Under the pieces are notes generated by a model that had not been told where the DNA came from, ran no database searches, and saw nothing but the letters and a program-made list of their open reading frames with translations. A stretch of DNA of 64,000 bases from Muribaculaceae bacterium. GTDB lineage: Bacteria > Bacteroidota > Bacteroidia > Bacteroidales > Muribaculaceae. Below, piece after piece: positions 32,767 to 41,948 of the stretch (position 1 is its first letter; every line of letters begins with the position of its first letter). The translations under genes were made by a program, and so were the position numbers. The stretch lies in NCBI GenBank assembly GCA_051871765.1, contig JBJEDF010000051.1:16466-80465 (forward strand). The letters are read 5' to 3'.

Positions 32767-34488
32767 ATGAACCACACTTTCAAATTATTGGCCGGCGCGC
32801 TTACCGCTTTGGTTGCCGTGACTGCCACAGCGGCTATTACGCCCGATGACCTCGATGGTTTCACTGCCGGACATATCGCTATGGGCAACGAAGCGCAATA
32901 TGCCATCGGCACCGATTGCTACAACGGCGAGCTCAAAGTGATTGACGGCGAGCTGTATCTCACGGGGCTGCTCGGGTCGTTTGATGTGCCGGTGACGCTG
33001 ACCACCGAGGGCTATTACACTTACTTCACCATCACCCCGGGCACCTTCCGCGGCCATGGCGGCAAGTACGACGGCAAGGCTATGACGCTCCGCGCCCTCG
33101 AATATCTCACCTGCTTTCAGACCGACCCCGCCAACAACCCCGGCATCTTCTGGCACGGCTATGACCTCAAGGATGGCGGCAATGCCGACCTCACCGGCCG
33201 CATCTCTTACTCTGAGCTCTCGCAAGCTTACTACGCCGACCTGCGCGACCTGCCGTTCCTGCTCGACTTTGACGGCGATGCCGATGACGAAATCATCGGC
33301 GGCTTATACATCATCGCTTACGACCCCAACGGCACCGCTATCGAATATGTAGGCGGCAAGGCCGTGCGTTCGTACCCCGTGCATCGGCGCGTCAGCGGCA
33401 GCACCCTCGAGCTCAGCAACTGGAACGACTGCGGAGCTGCCTACACCGTCAACTACGACTCCTCTGCCGGATACCTCGTCACCAAGATTTCCTTCCCCGA
33501 GGGTATCATCAGTGGCAGCGACATGTCGGCATCTATCACCGCGCGCCCCATCAGAGCTGCTGTCCCATACACTTACTGCGGCCGTTCTACGGCCATTGTA
33601 GCTCAGACGCCTTACACCTGCTACTGGGTGCAAAACGCTCCCACCGACGATATTACCTATTACTACATCGGCGCAGACACGGCAGGATCTGATATCATCG
33701 GCACATGGCAAAACATCTCGGCCATACACGCCGGATACGACTTTGACCCATGGGTCACCAACAACGGCAGCGTCAACACCATCACTCGTGGCAACAGGAT
33801 TGACTTCGGCTCATCGCTATGCTATGACAGCAAGGGCAACATCATCAACAGCGCCGACGCAACCGCCATCATCGCCGGCACCGAGGAGACACTCAATGTG
33901 GGCCTCACCCTCGTAGATGTGTCGTCTTCTGACGCTGATGGTGTCACCGTCACCGCCACCATCAAGCCCAAGGCCAACACCTCCAAGGTGGAGAAATATG
34001 AACTTTATATGGCCCCCGGCAAGCTCAGCTCGGTCAAGGCCGCTGACTTCGTGGTGGACTATGACAAAGGCCACGCCAAGGCCCAAATCTTGGGCGACAA
34101 CTACAACACCTCTGTCGTAGCAGGCAACGCCGGCGAGGTGACATACACCAAGCACATCGCCACCGCCGACATCGTCAACCGCGATGCTGACGGCCAGTAC
34201 ACTTTCTTTGTGAAAGCAACCTATACTGCCGCAAGCGGCCTCCAACCCACATTCCACTCATTGGCATACATTGACCTGACGCCCGAGCCTGACCCCGAGC
34301 CACAGCCCGACCCGGATCCACAACCCGACCCCGAAGGCTCTGTGAGCGACATTACCGCCGACCAATCAGCCGCAGCCCGCGAGATTTACTCGCTACAAGG
34401 CCGACTCATGCCTCGCGGTGCAGCGCTCCTCCCCGGCATCTACATCGTCAAGTCCGGTTCTTCGGTCTCAAAGACCATCATCCGATAA
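32767..34488 (+). CDS. Secreted hypothetical protein with a Pro/acidic linker and T9SS-like C-terminal domain
   Basis: Signal peptide from the ATG at 32767, linker PEPDPEPQPDPDPQPDPE, and terminal IYSLQGR...PGIYIV...KTIIR. TATCTTTG promoter box at 32677-32684. Confidence 0.8.
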   Translation: MNHTFKLLAGALTALVAVTATAAITPDDLDGFTAGHIAMGNEAQYAIGTDCYNGELKVIDGELYLTGLLGSFDVPVTLTTEGYYTYFTITPGTFRGHGGKYDGKAMTLRALEYLTCFQTDPANNPGIFWHGYDLKDGGNADLTGRISYSELSQAYYADLRDLPFLLDFDGDADDEIIGGLYIIAYDPNGTAIEYVGGKAVRSYPVHRRVSGSTLELSNWNDCGAAYTVNYDSSAGYLVTKISFPEGIISGSDMSASITARPIRAAVPYTYCGRSTAIVAQTPYTCYWVQNAPTDDITYYYIGADTAGSDIIGTWQNISAIHAGYDFDPWVTNNGSVNTITRGNRIDFGSSLCYDSKGNIINSADATAIIAGTEETLNVGLTLVDVSSSDADGVTVTATIKPKANTSKVEKYELYMAPGKLSSVKAADFVVDYDKGHAKAQILGDNYNTSVVAGNAGEVTYTKHIATADIVNRDADGQYTFFVKATYTAASGLQPTFHSLAYIDLTPEPDPEPQPDPDPQPDPEGSVSDITADQSAAAREIYSLQGRLMPRGAALLPGIYIVKSGSSVSKTIIR

Positions 34489-34516
34489 GAAATTATCATC
34501 TTTCAAAGCTCCATCG

Positions 34517-34555
34517 GCGGCGCCCCGGCTCATCTCGGGGCGCCGCTATCGTTTT
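34517..34555 (+). terminator. Terminator after the secreted-protein gene
   Basis: GCGGCGCCCCG...CGGGGCGCCGC stem followed by TATCGTTTT. Confidence 0.7.
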
Positions 34556-34610
34556 GAGCTCGGAGGCGCTATCACCGCAGCCGCCACTCAATTTGCCGAG
34601 CGCATATACA

Positions 34611-34647
34611 TATACAACAATCGCGGCCGTGAATGCTTTGGCCGCGA
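34611..34647 (-). terminator. Terminator for the small minus-strand transcript
   Basis: TCGCGGCC...GGCCGCGA stem followed on the minus strand by TTGTTGTATA. Confidence 0.6.
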
Positions 34648-34700
34648 CTTTAGTGATGTGTTTTCAAGTTGACTTGTCTCTGTGTGTTTCAGCCGATTTT

Positions 34701-34784
34701 TTACCTACAATCAGCTTTGTAGCCATAGGTGGCTGCGCTTACCACACAATACCACTCTAAGGCTCGCTTAATCAGTTCAAGCAT
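34701..34784 (-). CDS. 27-aa small protein MLELIKRALEWYCVVSAATYGYKADCR
   Basis: Translated by hand. Has its own TATCTTTG box (34839-34846), an A-rich leader (AACTAAACATCACTATT-ATG) and a downstream hairpin. Confidence 0.55.
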   Translation of the reverse strand: MLELIKRALEWYCVVSAATYGYKADCR

Positions 34785-35159
34785 AATAGTGATGTTTAGT
34801 TAAACCTAATAAATCTTTTTTGCCTTTGAAAGACGCCGCAAAGATACAAAATCTTTTTGAAAAATATGTTTTATAACATAATTTTTTAACATCACTACGA
34901 TATTCTTTTCATACCCCCGGTTTTGAGGCTTTCCTGTTTGGCAATCATCTAAATCCGGCTCAAGCCAAAAAAGTGGTGATTAAGAAAAAAGGTTGTGATT
35001 TCTCGGTCCTCGCCTATAGCGCATGACACACGCGCAACAATGGGCCATACACCTCTGCTCTCTTAGCATCCTTTTGGGCGAGCGCATGCAAACCACCGCT
35101 GTCGTCTGCCGCCATGCAGCGCTGCTGCTGATTGGATAGATGCCGCAAGACGATGTTAC

Positions 35160-35211
35160 AAAAGCAGGGCGGCTGCGGCGCGACCCCCGGCAGGGGCGCG
35201 ACACAGCCGCC
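35160..35211 (-). terminator. Terminator after the TolB-like gene
   Basis: GGCGGCTG...CAGCCGCC stem with an inner GC stem, followed on the minus strand by TGCTTTT. Confidence 0.55.
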
Positions 35212-35236
35212 TATGGCTTGGATACTGATTTCAATG

Positions 35237-36196
35237 TTACTGCATATCGTTGTATTGGAAGCGCCAGGCCTGGTAGTTAAGTCCGCGGCCTCCGCGGTCT
35301 GACACAAAGTAGATGTAGTTGTCAGATGACCAGTAGGGGTTGCCGTCATACGACTCATTGTCGGTGAGCTGCACCACGCCTGAGCCGTCGGCACGCATCA
35401 CATACAGGTCAAAGTCCTTTTTGCGAGCCTTCACATAGTTCTGATACACGATGTGCGTGCCTGATGGGCTCCAATATGGGAAGCCGGCCATCTCTTCCTT
35501 ATCAGAGGTCAGCTGCACGGCGTTAGTGCCGTCAGTATTCACCACCCATATATGGCTGATTTTGTTTCGCTCATTTTTTCTATATACTATCTTAGTGCCA
35601 TCGGGCGAAATCTGAGGCCAAGAGCCTTGCGCTAATAACATATCCTCGCCCGTAACTAAGTTTCTGACCCAGATCTCATCATTGAGGTCGTAAGTCGATG
35701 TACCTTTGACATAGCACAGCAGTGTGCCGTCTTTAGAGAATGATGGATATGCCTCGTGGTGCGATGCGTCGTCAGCCACCGGGATTAGCGCCGTGCCATT
35801 GCTTGCCGGCATCATAAACACGTCTCGTGAGCTCATTGACTGGCTGTATTTGGTAAAGGCAATCCTGTCTTTGGCCAAACATATTGTCGGGTGATGATTG
35901 TAGTTTGCTCCGGTGGTGAGCTGCACTATTGCCGGCGACAGCGGATTGTCTTTCTTGTAGATATTCGTCTCGTTGTTTTTAATAATCGCCATCAGCAGGC
36001 CGGTATAGTCACAGCCGCCGCCTACGTCTGCTACTATGCCGTTCTCTATGGAGGGTATTTTACTTAATGCTCGCAGATTTTCATTAGGTGAAGCTACGCT
36101 GTAAGTCTTTTTGCCGCAGCTGCTCACTGTCACTGCCGCTAACACTATGAGCGCGGCATACAATATCTGAGCGCCGGTTTTAGTTGATTTTTCCAT
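35237..36196 (-). CDS. TolB-like PD40 beta-propeller lipoprotein
   Basis: Lipobox VSSC and repeats PSFSKDG, PQISPDG, PYWSPSG, PYWSSD and YFVSDR. Confidence 0.87.
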   Translation of the reverse strand: MEKSTKTGAQILYAALIVLAAVTVSSCGKKTYSVASPNENLRALSKIPSIENGIVADVGGGCDYTGLLMAIIKNNETNIYKKDNPLSPAIVQLTTGANYNHHPTICLAKDRIAFTKYSQSMSSRDVFMMPASNGTALIPVADDASHHEAYPSFSKDGTLLCYVKGTSTYDLNDEIWVRNLVTGEDMLLAQGSWPQISPDGTKIVYRKNERNKISHIWVVNTDGTNAVQLTSDKEEMAGFPYWSPSGTHIVYQNYVKARKKDFDLYVMRADGSGVVQLTDNESYDGNPYWSSDNYIYFVSDRGGRGLNYQAWRFQYNDMQ

Positions 36197-36350
36197 TGTC
36201 GAAAGTATTATTGTTGGTATTGTTGGTTACTGATTGTTTTTGAATGCCCATCACCGATGACATCGCGCCTCCACAGCTGCTTAGCGCCGCCAGCAGCAAT
36301 AGCAGGGCTAATGCCAAAATGTGTCCATTGCGTGATTTGAATGATTTCAT
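36180..36350 (-). CDS. 56-aa putative lipoprotein
   Basis: MKSFKSRNGHILALALLLLLAALSSCGGAMSSVMGIQKQSVTNNTNNNTFDNGKIN. Lipobox LSSC, promoter box TACCTTTG at 36398-36405, and a 17-nt overlap with the start of the TolB-like gene. Confidence 0.6.
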   Translation of the reverse strand: MKSFKSRNGHILALALLLLLAALSSCGGAMSSVMGIQKQSVTNNTNNNTFDNGKIN

Positions 36351-36644
36351 ATTACCTATGTCTTATTTGTGTAGTGATTGTTTTGCACATGTCGCCACAA
36401 AGGTAAACATAATTTCACAAATTACCCCCCCCCAATCGTTAAATCGCGTTAATTTAATGCACGCTTTTTGTTATTTTATAATAATAAATTGCCGAATTTG
36501 TATAATTTTGTAATGAATGATTAAGGGATAAGCACAAACGTCAGTTGATACGCAATCTGATACCAACCATTACCAATCAATATTTTTTTAGCGCTCGCAC
36601 GGCGCTGTTCTGCAACGAATCATATTACCTTTTAATACAAAAAC

Positions 36645-38657
36645 ATGAACAAATTTTTATTAACCGTAGCCGCGGCGCTGTTGATGGGCGCATCGGGGGC
36701 GTTTGCTCAAGAGTTTATCCCCGCACAAAATGCTAAGGGCAAGTGGGGATATGTCGATGAGCAAGGCAATGTAGTGATCAAGTATGACTATGCCGAGGTA
36801 TCGGCGTTTGTTGATGGCCGTGCCAAAGTGAAGAAAGGCGACAAATGGGGATATATTGACACCACCGGCAAGGAGGTGATCAAAATCCAATACTCCGAGA
36901 TGGGCACCTGGGAGAATGGCCGATGCAAGGTAGCCGTCGGTGGCTCTATGAAGGACAATGTGCTCAAGGACGCAAAATATGGCTTTATTGACGCCACCGG
37001 CGCTGTCCTCCTCAAGCCGGAGTATAGCGAGATTGGTGCTTTCAAAGAGGGCCTCGCCTACGTTAAAAAAGGCGACAAGTACGGCTATATCGACAATGAC
37101 CTCCGCACAGTGGTCGAATGTAAATACACCGCCATCGGCAAGTTCAACGAGCAAGGGTATTGCTGGGTATCTACCGGCGGCAAAATCCAAGGCGGAGAGC
37201 TGAAAAACGGCGTTTATGGCATCTGCACCCGCGATGGCCGCATCGCCGTGAAGCCTAATTATGCTATGATAGGCACTTTCGTATATGATGTGCCCGAGGC
37301 CAATCCCGTGTATGCACAGATTGTCAACAGCCCCGAAGCTAAGGAGCGCCTGAAGGCGCTCACCAAGGAAGCCTCAAAAGGCTTTAATTCCAAGTCGTTC
37401 ACCATAGCTTTCACCGGTGGCACCGCTGAAGATCTCAATGACGAAGCGTTGAAGCGCCAAAAGCAAGCAACTGACGCCTTCGAGAATGAGCTCCGCCAAA
37501 ACCTCACCGAGGACCAGCTGATGCTTATGAGCGAATGTCCCTCTTACAATATGTTGGGCTACAAGTTTATCGAGCCGACGCTCTTCTCAGAGCTCGACAT
37601 GTCGCGCTCTACGCTCATCGCCGTATCAAGAAAACAGTTTAGGTCTGCTAACGCCGGCTCATGGACTATCCAAGCTAAATGTATGGATATGATAGGCATC
37701 GTAGATGTCGCCACTGACCGCCCGCTGGTAAAGTGGAGCAAGTACAACGTCGCTTTCATCCCCACCGAGGGCCTCGCTGCCGTCGTCAAGAACGACAAAA
37801 AAGGCTACAAAGTCAACTATGTCAATGCCGACGATAAGCTCCTCCTCAAAGAGTGGGTGCCCGCTGTGGGTGTGTCTCCTTTTATCGACGGCAAAGCCGT
37901 AATACAAGGCACAAAAGGGCAATACATCATTGACCGCAACGGCAATGTGCTCTCGCAGTCTTATGACCTAATCATGCCCGCCTCTGACGGCAAGCACGTG
38001 GTCAAGACCGGCAGCGGCTTCGGTATCATCACTACCGACGGCTCGCAAGTCGTGGCGCCCAACTATGAGGTGATATTGCCGATGAGCGATGGCTACTACT
38101 GCGCTCGCCGCACCGACAAAGACCCCTACGGATACCTCGGCGCTGACGGACGCTTCGCCATCGAGCCTATGTATGCCCACGCTTCGTCATTCCGCAACGG
38201 CGTCGCACGCGTTAAATCTGACACCGGATGGGGTATCATCAACACCGCCAATGCTCCCATCGTAAAACTCACCTGGGACGACGTCAAGCCATTCACCGAA
38301 GAAACCCCCGAGCTCTGCTGGGCTAAAACCGGCAGCAAATGGAGCTGCATCAAAGTCGCCGATGGCACTGCGGCCTTCGAGCCTACATTCTACGATGCCG
38401 ACAACTTCGTTGACGGACGTGCTGTGGTATATGACGAGGTGGGCCTCGCCGGTTGTATCGACACCACCGGCAAAACCATAGTGCCGATGCGCATGTCGTC
38501 AAAAGAAATCGTCAGCAGCTGCCTTGAGGACATGACAGCCCGTGGCGAAAGCGTAGTATCCGACATCGACGCTTACCGATTTAACATCAATAGCAATCCT
38601 ACGCGCAACAAATATCGACTCTCACACGTCATCAGCGACGAAATGTGGGATTACTAA
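36645..38657 (+). CDS. Secreted WG-repeat protein
   Basis: Signal peptide followed by many KWGYVD/KYGFID/YGYL/WGII repeats. Confidence 0.9.
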   Translation: MNKFLLTVAAALLMGASGAFAQEFIPAQNAKGKWGYVDEQGNVVIKYDYAEVSAFVDGRAKVKKGDKWGYIDTTGKEVIKIQYSEMGTWENGRCKVAVGGSMKDNVLKDAKYGFIDATGAVLLKPEYSEIGAFKEGLAYVKKGDKYGYIDNDLRTVVECKYTAIGKFNEQGYCWVSTGGKIQGGELKNGVYGICTRDGRIAVKPNYAMIGTFVYDVPEANPVYAQIVNSPEAKERLKALTKEASKGFNSKSFTIAFTGGTAEDLNDEALKRQKQATDAFENELRQNLTEDQLMLMSECPSYNMLGYKFIEPTLFSELDMSRSTLIAVSRKQFRSANAGSWTIQAKCMDMIGIVDVATDRPLVKWSKYNVAFIPTEGLAAVVKNDKKGYKVNYVNADDKLLLKEWVPAVGVSPFIDGKAVIQGTKGQYIIDRNGNVLSQSYDLIMPASDGKHVVKTGSGFGIITTDGSQVVAPNYEVILPMSDGYYCARRTDKDPYGYLGADGRFAIEPMYAHASSFRNGVARVKSDTGWGIINTANAPIVKLTWDDVKPFTEETPELCWAKTGSKWSCIKVADGTAAFEPTFYDADNFVDGRAVVYDEVGLAGCIDTTGKTIVPMRMSSKEIVSSCLEDMTARGESVVSDIDAYRFNINSNPTRNKYRLSHVISDEMWDY

Positions 38658-38715
38658 CACATCATCACCATATATACTCACCACCATTCCAAAATTCCAT
38701 TAAAGATTATAAGTC

Positions 38716-39936
38716 ATGAAAAAATATATAATCGTAGCGGCGACGTTGGTGATGGCAGCTTTGTCGGGCAACGCAAAAAAATACGAAAACGTTGACACTA
38801 AATACTGCCGTAGCTCTATCTACAGCGTCCTGCTAAACCATACCGAGCAAAAGTTCGGCAAAGAAATCAAAGAGCAGTTCCTCAACATTCCCACTCCCGA
38901 CCAATACTACAACCACGACCTCAACGTCAAGGTCATCAACGTATCCAACAACTCCGACCAATTCCTCGACTCTATCAAGACCTTCATCGAGGCCAACAAA
39001 ATAGCCAGCCGCATGGTGGCAAAGTGGTTTGACCGCAACCAACTCACCGGTGAGTGCTCGATGGACATGGTCAAGGAGCGTGGCATCTACAACGCCTCCG
39101 AGCTCGACAAGGAATTGGCTGCCCGCTCGCCCCGCGGCGTTGCCATGCTCGCCGACGCCGGTGAGCAGCTCATTGGCAAATCATTCCTCCTCGTCAACGA
39201 AATTAAATACGGCGACAAGGGCAAGACCTCGGCGGCCATCGGCACCGGCCTCAAGATCTTCGGATCCATCGCCGGTTCATTTGTCCCGGGATTGAGCGCT
39301 CTAAAAGACCTCATGGACAACGTCGGCGATATGGTGTCAACCATCAAAGGCTTCAAAGTGAAAATCAAGACTCACCTCTTCCAGCTCAAATGGAACGACG
39401 ACATCGCCACCATCTTCTACCGCGACTGCTACGCCACAGAGCCGGACCCCGACAAGCGCAAAGCGTTCGAGGACATGCGCGGACAGTTCGAGCTCGAATA
39501 TGTAGGCTGCGTTGAGTCGTCAGGCTCTACCACTTCATTCATGGGCATCAACGAAGAAGAGCCCCTGCTGATGGTGCGCAAAGCTTGCCAGCGAGCCATT
39601 GACGACAACGTGGTCGATCTCCAGACAAAATACGACCAATTCCGCGTCAGCACACCCGTAGTCGATGTTGACGGAAAAATCGTCATGGCCCAAATCGGTA
39701 TGAAAGAAGGCGTAAAAGCCGACGACAAATACGAAGTCCTCGAGGCCGAAGAAAAAGACGGCCGCATAATATACAAGCGTGTAGCGGTAGTCAAAGCCGT
39801 GGCCAACAAAATCTGGGACAACCGATTTATGGCCGCCGAAGAAATGGCTTACGGCGCCGACTTCGGTGCCACTACCTTTGAGAAAATCAGTGGCGGCGAC
39901 GTCATGCAAGGCCACCTCCTCCGCCGCACCGAATAA
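38716..39936 (+). CDS. Secreted hypothetical protein
   Basis: Signal peptide, an internal Gly-rich amphipathic segment, and C-terminal AQIGMKEGV...YEVLE...IWDNRF. Confidence 0.8.
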   Translation: MKKYIIVAATLVMAALSGNAKKYENVDTKYCRSSIYSVLLNHTEQKFGKEIKEQFLNIPTPDQYYNHDLNVKVINVSNNSDQFLDSIKTFIEANKIASRMVAKWFDRNQLTGECSMDMVKERGIYNASELDKELAARSPRGVAMLADAGEQLIGKSFLLVNEIKYGDKGKTSAAIGTGLKIFGSIAGSFVPGLSALKDLMDNVGDMVSTIKGFKVKIKTHLFQLKWNDDIATIFYRDCYATEPDPDKRKAFEDMRGQFELEYVGCVESSGSTTSFMGINEEEPLLMVRKACQRAIDDNVVDLQTKYDQFRVSTPVVDVDGKIVMAQIGMKEGVKADDKYEVLEAEEKDGRIIYKRVAVVKAVANKIWDNRFMAAEEMAYGADFGATTFEKISGGDVMQGHLLRRTE

Positions 39937-39995
39937 TCCCCCCCTTCGCTCCTCCTCCGCCACGCGCCGCTGACGCAATCACGGAGCCCCATCCC

Positions 39996-40023
39996 CACGG
40001 CAGCCCCCCCTCGGGCTGCCGTG
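39996..40023 (+). terminator. Hairpin after the WG-repeat operon
   Basis: CACGGCAGCCC...GGGCTGCCGTG 11-bp stem with a weak U-tail. Confidence 0.55.
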
Positions 40024-40209
40024 CCTTATATGAGCAGCCCGGCCACCATTGCATTGATGCGACACATAGCGCCCCGCCCCCGCGCGCCCACTGAGTGCTC
40101 GTAATGGCTCTTTGGTGGGCCGATGGTGTTATTTTTTGCGAAATGTGCGGTTATGTGGCGCGGATTGTGTAACTTCGCCTAAAAATTATCACAACATATC
40201 AATTACGAC

Positions 40210-41871
40210 ATGAGACGACTCGTTTATGTAGTGGCATGCGCGGTGTTGCTACCGGTGATGGCGGCGCTTGCCGCTACCGGCAGCAGCAAGAGCGATATCT
40301 CGCGCAATCTAATCATTTTCAATTCTTTGGTCAAGGAGCTGGTGTCTAACTATGTCGATACTATCAATATCGACAAGCTGATGACCACCACCATCGGCGA
40401 TATGCTGTCGCAGATTGACCCCTACACCACATATTATCCTGCCGACGACACTGACGAGTTGGCTCAAATATCTACCGGCCAGTATGGCGGCATCGGCGCT
40501 TATCTGGGCGAGCGCGACAATACGCCCTATTTCAGCTTCCCGATGTATGACTCGCCGGCGCGCAATGCCGGCATACGCCACGGCGATGTGATCCTTGCCA
40601 TCAACGGCGACAGCATTAAGCCCGGCACCACCACCGACCGGATAAGCCGCCGGCTCAGAGGACAGCCCGGCACCAAGCTGACGGTGACGGTGCGGCGCCC
40701 GTATGTGGCTGACTCTATCCTCACTTTCGAGCTTATGCGCCAGAGCATCAAGGTCAACGCGCTGCCCTTCTATGGCATCTTGGACAATGGTGTGGGATAT
40801 ATCAGCCTCACTACCTTCAATGAGCGCAGCGCAGGCCTGGTGCGCGATGCAATCACGGAGATGCAGGCATCCGGCCGCCTCAAGAGCATTATCCTGGACC
40901 TGCGCAATAATGGCGGCGGCATCATTGACGGCGCCGTGCAGATTGTGAGTCTCTTTGTGCCTAAGGGCACCGAGGTGGTGCGCACTCGCGGCGCCGACCC
41001 CAAGGATGTGAAGATTTACAAGACCACGCGCGCTCCTATCGTGGATAGCAGCATGCCCGTGGCCGTGCTCATCGATGATGGCACCGCCTCGGCGTCAGAG
41101 ATAGTGGCCGGAGCGTTGCAGGATCTTGACCGCGCCGTGATCATTGGCTCGCGCTCTTTCGGCAAGGGGCTGGTGCAGGCCTCGCGCCCGCTGCCCTACG
41201 ATGGCCTGCTCAAGGTGACAATCGCGCGCTATTACATACCCAGCGGGCGTCTCATCCAGGCTCTTGACTATAGCCACCGCAACGCCGACGGCACACCCGG
41301 GCATGTGCCCGACAGCCTTACCTCGGTGTTCTTCACCCGCAATCACCGCCCGGTGCGCGACGGCGGAGGCATCGCGCCTGATGTGGCAATAGCCGCGGAT
41401 AGCACTGCCAATCGCTTGCTATACAATATCATGGCTGACAATTGGGCTTATGACTATGCCAATCGCTATCGTGCTCAGCACCCCACGGTGGCTGATGCTG
41501 ACCATTTTGTGGTCACTGACTCGATATTTGACGACTTCAAGCGGTTTATTGACCCGGCACGCTTCAAATATGACAAGATGTGTGAGACGGGTCTCAAATA
41601 TCTGCGCGATGCAGCGAGCATTGAGGGGTATATGAACGACTCTGTGGCCGCGCAGTTTGACATCCTCGAGGCCATGCTCAAGCACGACCTCAACCGCGAC
41701 CTCGACTACAACCGCGAGGCCATCAAGTCAGCTCTTGACCAAGAGCTCTCTGAGCGCTACTTCTCTGAGGCTGACTACACCAAGCGTATGCTGCGCTACA
41801 GCTCGGCTGTGGATACGGCGTGCGCCGTGCTCTCCGACTACAACCGCTACCGCCGCCTGCTCATACCCTGA
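40210..41871 (+). CDS. S41-family C-terminal processing peptidase
   Basis: DPYT, a PDZ domain, DLRNNGGG, catalytic TASASEI and SFGKG. Confidence 0.93.
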   Translation: MRRLVYVVACAVLLPVMAALAATGSSKSDISRNLIIFNSLVKELVSNYVDTINIDKLMTTTIGDMLSQIDPYTTYYPADDTDELAQISTGQYGGIGAYLGERDNTPYFSFPMYDSPARNAGIRHGDVILAINGDSIKPGTTTDRISRRLRGQPGTKLTVTVRRPYVADSILTFELMRQSIKVNALPFYGILDNGVGYISLTTFNERSAGLVRDAITEMQASGRLKSIILDLRNNGGGIIDGAVQIVSLFVPKGTEVVRTRGADPKDVKIYKTTRAPIVDSSMPVAVLIDDGTASASEIVAGALQDLDRAVIIGSRSFGKGLVQASRPLPYDGLLKVTIARYYIPSGRLIQALDYSHRNADGTPGHVPDSLTSVFFTRNHRPVRDGGGIAPDVAIAADSTANRLLYNIMADNWAYDYANRYRAQHPTVADADHFVVTDSIFDDFKRFIDPARFKYDKMCETGLKYLRDAASIEGYMNDSVAAQFDILEAMLKHDLNRDLDYNREAIKSALDQELSERYFSEADYTKRMLRYSSAVDTACAVLSDYNRYRRLLIP

Positions 41872-41948
41872 CGGCGGGCGGTGGCATCACCACACACACA
41901 TTCTCTCTCTCTGACCTGTATATCCACACATCATAGCACATATTTCTG

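Noticed and set aside
34281-34335. Tandem CCCGA-type DNA repeats
   Set aside because: Explained by the Pro-Glu/Asp/Gln linker of the encoded protein.
34980-35204. 74-aa minus-strand ORF downstream of the TolB-like gene
   Set aside because: Starts inside a terminator hairpin, has no leader or promoter, and has an unprotein-like composition.
35237-36196. Calling the PD40 protein tolB
   Set aside because: It lacks the TolB N-terminal domain and tolQRA/pal neighbours and is a lipoprotein, so it is left as TolB-like.
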